A stretch of DNA of 43,060 nt from Trichinella spiralis (Eukaryota), in NCBI RefSeq assembly GCF_000181795.1, contig NW_003526948.1, positions 878,691 through 921,750 of the forward strand. The letters run 5' to 3'. Positions 1-9,927 of this stretch are shown here, piece by piece. Position numbers and translations under genes: made by a program. The notes below the pieces were generated by a model. The model saw only the letters and a list, made by a program, of their open reading frames with translations. It made no database searches and had not been told where the DNA came from. Numbering within the stretch: position 1 is the stretch's first letter; each line of letters opens with the position of its first letter.

Positions 1-2124
1 AAACAAAAGCTCTATGACAAGATTATAAGCAATTTATTTCTGCTATTTTTTTCTAAATAAAAAAAGATCAGCATTACTTCTAATAAAGTGGAAAATATTA
101 TTTTACAATAATGATTAATTTTTATCTTTTGTGAATGAAAGCATAATTAAAATGAATTGTTTACAAAAATTTGTAGAAAAGAAAAAAGATATATATATAT
201 ATATAAGTGATGTTGATTAAATGTTTTCTCCCTAAGCATCAGTTCATCTTAAACAGCCCATTTTGTATTTAAAAGAACAAAGGTGAGCATCAAACAATTT
301 GTTATTTGAAACTAAACAACAGAATATAAACCAATTTAAAATTTAATATGTGAAATTTTCAAAAATTTATCAATTTCAATATTCTGACACTACAATATAT
401 TTAAAAGTTTGACAAGGATTTCCAAATTAAAATTCTACAAAGATTAATTGTTTCTATTTTTTGCTACGACACTTACCTGTAATGTGAACATGATCTATTA
501 CTGACAGTCGAAAACAAATCAATGTTAAAATTTCCTTTTGTTTATATGCATTTATCATTTTTAAAATATAACTTTTATGCATTTTAATGTTTCAACGAGA
601 AAAATCCCTATATTCTATCAGGATGCATATTAAAATTTCATTATTCATATTTTAAACAATACGCTGTGGCAAGCAATTGGAATTCAAATATTGAATTCAG
701 CAATCGAATTATAAATAAAAATTTTATAAAAAACTTGAATTTGCATGAAATAATATTATATTTCTGTTTTGATGATCAAATTGATTATGTATTATAAGCA
801 ATAATTGTACATAAACTGACATAGGATAGGGGAATTGCTAACGAATCAAAGAATTGCTAACGCTAATGTATCAGAGACAGTCATTCTAAAAAGCATTTGC
901 ATATATGGATATTTATATATGCTTGTGTATGCATGTATGTATGCATGTAATTTAAATATTGTCCCTTTAATTTTGTATGACTTTCTGTTAAAGTTCAACA
1001 ACTCCCAAACAAGGAAGTAATGTGCTGTGAAAAGGAAAAAACTCGTTCAAGCATTAAAAGTAAACAGTTTGGAAATAGCAAATATTATTGAAGAGCAACA
1101 ATTTCAATTCTATTTAATTTCAACTAATCATTTATTATCCAATAAAAGATTCAAGTGGACTATTCGACTGATATTTCAGCTTAAGGAAGAGAAAGAGGAA
1201 AAGACATCATGCTGTTTCAATATTGAAAAAAATTAAAATTTGCAGCAAATGTGCAGTTTTTTACAATTAAAAGAGAAAAGCCTAATATCAGACTAAATGG
1301 TCGTTGTTATTTATTATAAATGTTTCTATAAACTTTTCAATTTTTGTTCACTTATATTCATGAATCTTTTGCAGTATTGTAAACTTATTGCAACTTGAAT
1401 ACGTAGTGAAATATTTAAATAAAATCAGCAGTACCAATTGCAAAATGTTAAATATATTAAAATGAGCATTAATTATGTAAAAGAAAAAAAAGAAAGAAAA
1501 ATGAAGGTACCAGTTTATGTCATGCTTCATGTGTTCTTTCATTTTACAAGGTTTACAACAAAATCCATACGCTTGACAGAACTGTAACTGGTTGTTGAAG
1601 GTTCAAAACTGCTACAATATTAAATTTTAACATAATATTTCTTTTAATAAATTTTACAAACAAGTTATTCTTTAATTGTAAAATGTTTAATTTAAACTGC
1701 ACTGTTGCATAATTTATTAGAAAGCGTAAAATACTTTCATAAACTTTTAAATATGAATATATAAAAATGGGCAGCTTAAAGTGCTTTTATATTCAAAATA
1801 AAAAAAAGAAAGAAAAATTTGGATAATTGAAAAATTAAATTATAATTTAGTGACCACAAACTATTTATTTAATTTTGGCACTGAATCAGTGCATTATCAA
1901 ATAGAATCATCATCATCTAGTGGTGATGGATTGTATAGTTAGCAGGCGGCAGTAAGTACCATTTTCAAATCTGAAGCAGTTGAAAATATGGAAATTATTC
2001 ATTTATTTTTGTTTTTTATTCATGCCATTTGGTAAGGATAAATTATTTGGAAAGGCTTTCAATGAACAAGATTCATTTTCTGCTTATTTCTTAAACCAGA
2101 TTGTTGAACGCGTTTATGAAACAG

Positions 2125-2744
2125 CCAAGGCCATCCGTATTACAACTGATCTATTCTTTTTACTGTACAATTCGATCATTCTCTAATTGCAATTGCAAAC
2201 CACTTTCATTAATAAAAACAAATAAACAAATAAATAATTTTAACTTCTTAAATATGAAAATGGCATAATAATTAATGGTTTTTTTTCATTTTATTTCTTC
2301 ATGATTTATTTATGATATTGCGTAAAATTTTTCCTTGTGTAAAAGAAAAACAAGAAATAAATTTTCGTTAGTTTTTTATTTTTATTTATTGACATCAATA
2401 ACGGTGACGTGCTTGTATGAAAGATAAAAGTAAAAAAGAGGAATAATTATTTCTTTTGATATAATGACAGCAAATACAGTAAGTTTTTGTATTTATTTGT
2501 TGGGATGCTTGTTGGGAACCTGTTTTTGCACACTTCTCGCTTTAACCTTGAAAATATAGTCTGCTGGTGTAGAATGATGGAAAACGGGTCCGCTGCTATA
2601 CCAGACGAATCCCCGAATAGGTGAATAAAGAATCGACGTTGAATTTTAGCCGGCTTGTCGACCCTGGGGCGAAGTTGCTCGTTTTAACCAAAAGAATCCC
2701 GCCATCGAGCTGCCAATAGGAAGCACAGCTTTTGCCGACCTTGA
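2125..2744. promoter_or_regulatory. Cluster of FTZ-F1/NHR-25 (NR5A)-type sites upstream of HR3
   Basis: CCAAGGCCA at 2125-2133 (+), TCAAGGTTA at 2543-2551 (-, near consensus), TCAAGGTCG at 2736-2744 (-); consensus YCAAGGYCR. Confidence 0.4.
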
Positions 2745-3861
2745 GCAGCATTGCTTGACAATGTCCAACCTGTCCTTAAAAACCGGAGTTTTCGCAGTTG
2801 GAAATCGTCCTAACGACAATGCTTGTTGTTCATCTCTACTTTTACGTCAACCATCAAAGGTTGTCAACCTCACCCAACAGCCATCATTTACCATTCACCC
2901 GCACCAGCAAAACACTGGCATCTTATAGAATATGAAAAAAGCAAACAAACAGACAAACAAGCACACGATTTATTCATTTATTTTTTGAAATTATTTTCAT
3001 TTAAAAATTTATAAAATCTATGTAAAATAAGCAAACAAACGTAGAGCAAAAGGAACAAATTATGAGGGGCTAAAGCACAGAGAGACAGAGACAGAGAGGT
3101 AGACAGAAGGAGGGATTTTTTTAATTGTCATCATTTGTTCTAAATTAAATTCATCAATAAGTTTTCTTTTTTAAAAGCTTCCTACCGGTCAGTAGAAGCG
3201 TGTCATTGGGTCAGTGGTTTGGTTAAAAAGTGAAAATTTCTCTCCTTCTTACACTTTTTCTTCCTTTTTATAGCTTTACGGCAGCTAAATATTAGTCATA
3301 ATTTTGTATATCACATTTAAATATTATTTATCAGTAAAATTTATGTTCATTCTTGCTTGAAAGCGATTTAAAAAGAAACGTCATCTTATTTTCTTATCAG
3401 TCGAAATATGTTATGTTCAAGTTTTTAAATATTCGAACAACAAACACCTAAATATATGAAAATACAAGTACACACACAATATATTATAAGTTTTTGTTGT
3501 TGATGCTTTTCTTGTTTATTATATTGACAATCATTTTTAGCAAGAAGAAGATGACACGGAAATAGTAAATAATAACACTGATGGCAGTAAATAGTAATTG
3601 TTGGTGTAAAGCATGAAATATGCCAGTATTCGAATTAGTAACAGTTGTAGTAGTGTAACAGTAGTAGTGGCAGTAGTAGTTGCCGTCGAAGTAGATGATT
3701 AGTAAAATACTGTTTGAACTTTTACAGTAACAGCAACCAATAACAGTAACATCCTTGGAAATATTAATTGATAGTTTAGTTGTAGTAGCTGTAGCGGTAT
3801 CAACAGTAGCTGAAATAGCAGCAATAGCAAGCAACACATCACATCCCATCACATCACAGCA

Positions 3862-3894
<33 letters not shown>

Positions 3895-3933
3895 CAACAG
3901 CAACGGCAACAGCAGCAACAGTAGCAGCAGCAG
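3862..3933 (+). repeat. Compound (CAG)n/(CAA)n trinucleotide repeat
   Basis: Directly visible; preceded by a cryptic GTA/TAG-rich stretch from ~3640. Confidence 0.9.
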
Positions 3934-3942
3934 CCATAAACC

Positions 3943-3953
3943 TGACCCAGTTT
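3943..3953 (-). promoter_or_regulatory. ROR response element (RORE)
   Basis: Reverse complement AAACTGGGTCA matches WAWNTRGGTCA exactly. Confidence 0.45.
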
Positions 3954-4569
3954 CCTGAGGCGATTTCAGGCCGGATGCACGCAGGCTACAGTTCCACGTC
4001 AGGTGATGCACTTTTACCGTTTTTGGCTGACGATGTCACAGCGACAACCAATCACTCGTCAATAACAACAAAGTGAAAGATTATTTGGGACGAATTTCAT
4101 TCGTCGCTAGCGTCTGCCTGACTGTCACACAGCATCTCCTCCACTTGAGCCGTAACGCACTAGCAATCGTCGTCGTCCATTGCTGCCTGCAAAATTAACC
4201 AGCAAAATTTTCTACCTATCCACACATATATGCATATATTTTTATTCATTTATTTAACTATCTACATTATAATCTCTGTTTACCTTTTTCTTGAAATCTA
4301 ATGTTTAAAGAAAAAAACAAAACAAGAACACATTGAATCTTCAAATGGCGTGCAATTGAGTTTTCTTTTAGCGCGCATTTTGTTGTTTTCTTGAAGCACA
4401 ATTCAACTGAAGCAATTCGTACTATCTCGTTTATCTGGTCAAAACCGGCGACGCCTACCAGTCTTTCGGACTGTCATTGGCTGAGCTCTGAAGCAGAAAC
4501 ACACAGAGAGCTAACTGCTGAACGACGTTTATACTGCTGTGAAGTTTGATCAACTGCAAAAATTAACCG

Positions 4570-4576
4570 ATGCGAG
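4570..4576 (+). CDS. nhr-23: Probable first coding exon (ATG CGA G, 7 nt) of the HR3/NHR-23 nuclear receptor
   Basis: ATGCGAG is followed by the strong donor GTAAGC at 4577. A phase-1 join to the acceptor at 12835 gives [13 protein letters not shown], the same start pattern as vertebrate RORB (MRAQIEVIPC). It lies at the end of a GC-richer 5'UTR-like stretch. Confidence 0.7.
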
Positions 4577-7500
4577 GTAAGCTATACTTATTTCATCAAA
4601 TGGGAAACTGTGTTTATAGGACTATTGTTGTTGTATTACAATCCTCATTTTTCTCTTTTCCTCACCGTGACAAATTTCACGCAACGCTAATAATCATTGT
4701 CAACTATATCGAATAGCGATGGCTTTTCTAACGTTTGCTTCCAATTATCATCGCTTGTCCATGGCCCCCTTATATAACCCGCTTCACTGGCCATTACCCA
4801 CTTACCCAGTCTTTGCCTAACTGCACCTTACTTGTTCATCTTAGGCGATCTAATTCTGCCTCCGACCGATCCAGTGACCCATTGCTCCATACTGATATGC
4901 AGTAGGATTCCATATTATTCCTCTTCGACAATCCTCATTTCACTTCATTCGTCACACAGTTGATTCAGCTTTCATCTGCTAATCGGATGCTTTGTTTTTA
5001 TCGTTTTGCTTTTCTCTTCTCTCTTCTCAGGAAATGGACCATGAGTAGTTTTCTACTTTTTATCGAATTCAGTTGCTCCGATTTTACTGTTTTCCAATCA
5101 ACCTGGATTTTAATGGATAATTTCAACAACACCAACAACAAAAAGCAAGAGCAATTCTTTTACAATTCAAGGTAAAGAAAGTAAAGGTTGACCGGTGACT
5201 TCGAACGATTCAATCAATTTTCAAATAATTATATTTTTCTTTCTTTATTTTTTTACTTGAAATCGATTTTATTTTATTTTTTAACATTAAGCTTATTTTG
5301 CTTCAAGGATTGCATGTTGCGTTGTTGTTCAACACGGATAAAAGCTAAATTGTGACATTGATGAAAACAAAACATATAAAATGAGTCGATAAATTCGCAC
5401 AGTTATTCAGGAGAAACTTGTCATGAAAAAAATTTGTGAAAAAAAAATACTTTTTGAATTCTGAATGAGAAGAAGAAGAAGATTTAGAGCATTTGCTTTG
5501 ATCAATACATATCAGTTGACCAAAGCATAAATAACATTTGAAGAAAGCTTTTTTTTTTATGAAATTCATATATTTGTTTGCATAGTTTACAAGTAAGAAA
5601 ACTTCAAGTGTAGATGAGAATTCTCTTTAGATTTGCACTTGTGACATAATTACAATTTCTGAGTTGCCTCCATTCTGAAAAATTTCTCTTCTACATTCTG
5701 TTGCATCCAAAAGGGTCAGGTTATTGCGATTGCATTCGGTTTGTGGCTTATTTTGTACAGCGGTGACGAAAACGCGGTCGCGTAACGCCTACTGCCAATG
5801 TCCCATGCAAGGTTATCAGGTCATACAGAATGCAATCCTTTTGCCATTGCTTGGATGATGTTGGCAACTTTTCATCTTTATTAGGTCGAAACTTTTTTTC
5901 TTTTTGAACAACCATTTCACCATTTTTTTCAAATAATATATATATATTTTTTTTCTTTCAACATGCGCATATCTAATGTAAATTAATAATTTCGTTCAAA
6001 CGTTCAACGAGACTTGTCAAAATAATGAAACAAATATTCAAATAACTGAAGCGTGCAGACTGACTGACTACATACATGTTCTGGGAAATAATTGCATCTG
6101 TTTTTGTTGTTGAATTTTTTAAAATCCATTACCTCTCACACTATCACGTGTAATTTAATATATTCCGTGTAATAATTTAATATATTGCCATATACATCAT
6201 CCATACACTGTATATATTGTAGCATTACTTATTTGACATTAATACAGTTTTTGGTTTGTAAAATGTTTCTACATAATTGTGAAAAGTATATTTATTGTTT
6301 GTGTCTTTTAACTTTTCCTGTGACGTCATGCACTTTGTGATTTTCCACTCATTAGAAAGGCTGTACAATTTTTGGCGGGCATTAATTTGCTTTTCCAAAT
6401 GATGATGACGTTTACTAAACCAGTTTTGAAAAAGTTATGCTCAAACTGAGAAACATTTTGCACGTTTATTGATAAATATTATACAGAATATCTTATTCTG
6501 CAACCACTAAATAATTATCTTTTGCAAAAAAAGACATAAACGCAATCTTTTACTCTTTTCATGGTTTATTTTATTACCACTCTCAGACATTTCAATAATA
6601 AATTTATATATGGAAATTTAAAAATAAACTGCAATGAAACTATACAGGATGATGCGTTATTCAGAAACAACTGCCGCAGTATTTTGATATCTGTAAATAG
6701 TGCTGTTGATAGATATCATAGATGTCGGATGATTGGACAGTAATTCTCAGCTCATGAAGCACGCTTTCATTTTCATCGGCAACGTTTCACAGTTCTCATT
6801 TTCACATTGATTCATAAATGAACATACAAAGCTTTAAAAATAAATGATTCAAATATTGATAATATTCAGCAAAACTGGAAAATAATCAGTGTTCTGCAAA
6901 GATCAGATCAAGAATCAGGAAAACAACTGACAAATTACAAATATTGCAAACTTGCATTTCTTTTATCTTACTGTAATTTATTAATCATTTAGTATCGTAT
7001 ATGAAAACAATTATGTGTACGTGCTTATTGGAATTTTCCAATAATGAACAGCTGAAAATTTTTTTATTTTCAATTACTCTACTTTATATTTTTTACAACC
7101 TGAAACAGCGGGGTTCAATTTCTGTGAATAGCATAAGACAGTTTAAAGAATAATTAAGTTCAATTTATTACAATACTAAATGGAAGTAAAAAAATTTTGA
7201 TTTTTATAAATAAACAAGTTCTATTTAATAAATTTCATGCATGTTGCCATTGACAGTGCATCTTGCAATCAGTGGAATTGAATGAATTGGGAAATTTAGT
7301 GGAAGATAACGCATGTATATTCAACTTAAAATTCAAACTGTGCTTACAGTTTTAATATTTTCGTTGAACATTCGTACAAATGTATGGAACGTATGTTCAT
7401 TTTCATGTAAGATTGTTTTTCTTACTTTAAATAAAAAAGTTTTTTGAAAAACTGAATGAAAAAATGATCATTTTTATTTTATGTTTTATTTGGTCAAGCA

Positions 7501-7780
7501 TGATGATTTCATTTAGAAAACTGAAAAAGAAAATTTCCACCCACCCGTTTCCAAATGTAATTATTTTAATTAGAGGAAAATTTAGATGAATTTTTTCTCG
7601 AATGTGAAAGTGATGATGCAGGAATTTGTATTGTTGTTGAAAATTAAAATTGCTTTTTGTTGATTATGCATTTCGAAGAGGGGGAGAGATATTTAGCTGG
7701 AAGAACTGGCTTGTTTTGCCGTGACACTTATTCCACGATTAAAAAGTCTGATAACTGAAGTTAATTGAACGAGTGTACCG

Positions 7781-7791
7781 TGACCTAATTT
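7781..7791 (-). promoter_or_regulatory. ROR response element (RORE)
   Basis: Reverse complement AAATTAGGTCA matches WAWNTRGGTCA exactly. Confidence 0.45.
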
Positions 7792-8699
7792 GAAATGATG
7801 AAACACATACAGCCGTGCACATGCATTTAGTGAAGAATTGTCTGATCAGCAGTGAAAATTTATGTTGACTGGAAGCAATTTTATGCTGAATTGTACAAAA
7901 ACTAATCCATCATTTAGCTGAGTTAATTTTAGCACAATTTCGCATGTTTTCTTATTAAAAAAGTAAACAAAAATAACAACAAATAGTTGAAAATATTCCA
8001 AAACTGTTGTATGTATATTTTTGGCAATTCAGATATATAATATTCAAAATATATTTGGTAATTGTTATATTATTTTTCAATTGCATTTGTTGTTGTTGGA
8101 ATGTGTAATTTGAAAAATAGAATCTTTTCGAATATAATAATAATCATTTCATTAATAACTTTGCAGATAAGGATTAATCAGGATTAAGATAAATAAATGC
8201 TTCCGCACAACACTGCACACAAATGTTCAATGTTTGCATTTCCAGTGCTACAGTCTGTTGTTGTCTTACCAAGCACTGATTGTTTTACTTCCGTTTCCGT
8301 ATCAAAAAAAACAAAAATTGTTTTTCTGTAATTTTTTGCAATTGCAAAAAGTAAAGCAAAATGAATAACATGAATAACTGAACATAAGTACGGGATGTTT
8401 TGTGTTTGACGTCAAAATTGAACTGAAACTTCACCAAATACGCGTTTATTATAAATAGAAGATGAAAAATGATTAAGTATTTTTTTAAAAAATAGAAAGA
8501 CAAGGTGTATTGTTTTTTATTTTTGTCGGCTGATCAAAGCTGATTGAACAGGCGCCAGCGGCGGATGTTGGTGACGTTTTTGGCGTTCACGTTCACTGTG
8601 AAGCGATTAAAGGCAATGGTTAATTGCCAAAGGTGCAGAGGGACAATCAGAAAGGCAAGCATGGCTATTTTCCCACCGTCATTCAGCTTAACCGGCCAG

Positions 8700-8954
8700 A
8701 TGGCACTGGTCGAGTGGTCAGCACAATGACCGAAGGCCCAGTTGAACCTGGTCGACGGTGACCGCGATTATGGAGCCGTCCGTGGTCAAATAGAAGGCTT
8801 GGCAGAAAGTTCACTTGGCCTATAATTGCTTTTCGTCTCCCCCCTCTCTCTGCTTTGGACAGTCAAACATGACGATTAGATAATGGCCCGGGTCGACGGG
8901 ATACCTGGTCAGTCAACTGTACTGTCCAATCGCTGACCAATAGTAGATTATAAA
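8700..8954 (+). promoter_or_regulatory. Candidate internal promoter of HR3 (nuclear-receptor half-site cluster, two CCAAT boxes, TATA)
   Basis: GC-rich island. GGTCA/TGACC at 8716, 8727, 8759, 8784, 8907, 8934; CCAAT at 8926 and 8937; TATAAA at 8949-8954; a phase-compatible ATG exon follows at 9213-9231. Confidence 0.45.
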
Positions 8955-9916
8955 TGAGGAGTGTAGCGCCGCGCGACCGAACGTTTATTTGCCCTCAAGC
9001 TTGTAGGCCAGTATTCACTCGACAAGCCCAACAGTTCTTCCATAGTATTGTTGCTCTGAACAAGCGCCAAGCATTTGTGCCTGCGTACGCATTTTTAGCC
9101 CTAGTGTCACGCATAAACGTCCTCTCTTCTTCAAACAATCATCCTTCTGCACATTTCCCTGTTCCATCTTTCTTGTGTTGCGTTGTAATTTACAGCAAGA
9201 AACGAGCAAAAAATGAAAATCAAAGACGAAGGTATGGTTCTTTATTTCTTTACCTTGTTCAATTTTTCCCTCAACTCGATATTAATATGAAAAGAAAAAA
9301 TTCATCTTGAAAACTTTTTTACTGAATGCAAATAAGTTTAGCACAAATTAACAGAGAAAACAACAACAAAATTACTAACCCAAGACGGATTTTCCACCAG
9401 GCAACATTTATAATATCTCTGACAATAGTTGATCCGTTTTTGTGATGCTCAGGTGAAAAGAATTGTTTCAAATTTTAAACAACAAACAAATGTTAATTTT
9501 CATGCATCGGTTGTCAGTGTGTTAAGTTTATTTAAATTTTTTGCATCTGAGCAACAATTTTAAATTGTTTGTTTGATATAAAATGACAAAATAGACTCAG
9601 TGAAAATTTGGACTTTGCGACTAAATCTGGTGGGATTCGCCAGTTATCAACATCATTATTATACATTTTGGTAAATCTTTCTGAAATGGAAAAAAAATTT
9701 TTTATGTTGGTTTAAAAAATGGACAAATTGCATTTGTAAAATTTATCATTCTCATCAGTTGTAGAAATGTAGCTTGAAAGTATATATATATATATATATA
9801 CATGTTTTTTTCTTTCCTTTTTCAATACTTGTTCTCTGGCAAGTCTCAGTTCAGCACCAGAGCACCGATCAGCAGCTTAAGAACAAGCACGGGGAATGGA
9901 TAACAACGAGACAAAG

Positions 9917-9927
9917 AAACTAGGTCA
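9917..9927 (+). promoter_or_regulatory. ROR response element (RORE)
   Basis: AAACTAGGTCA matches WAWNTRGGTCA exactly. Confidence 0.45.

Noticed and set aside
471..520. Minus-strand CAG/GTAAGT donor preceded by ATG TTC ACA TTA CAG
   Set aside because: No downstream exon or recognisable protein within the window; cannot be supported as a gene.
1905..1940. TTGTATAGTT resembling the let-7 3' end, with a small local hairpin
   Set aside because: No TGAGGTAG seed and no pre-miRNA-length stem.
3484..4011. 175-aa poly-Leu minus-strand ORF and 67-aa poly-Ser plus-strand ORF
   Set aside because: By-products of the CAG/CAA repeat; no domain features.
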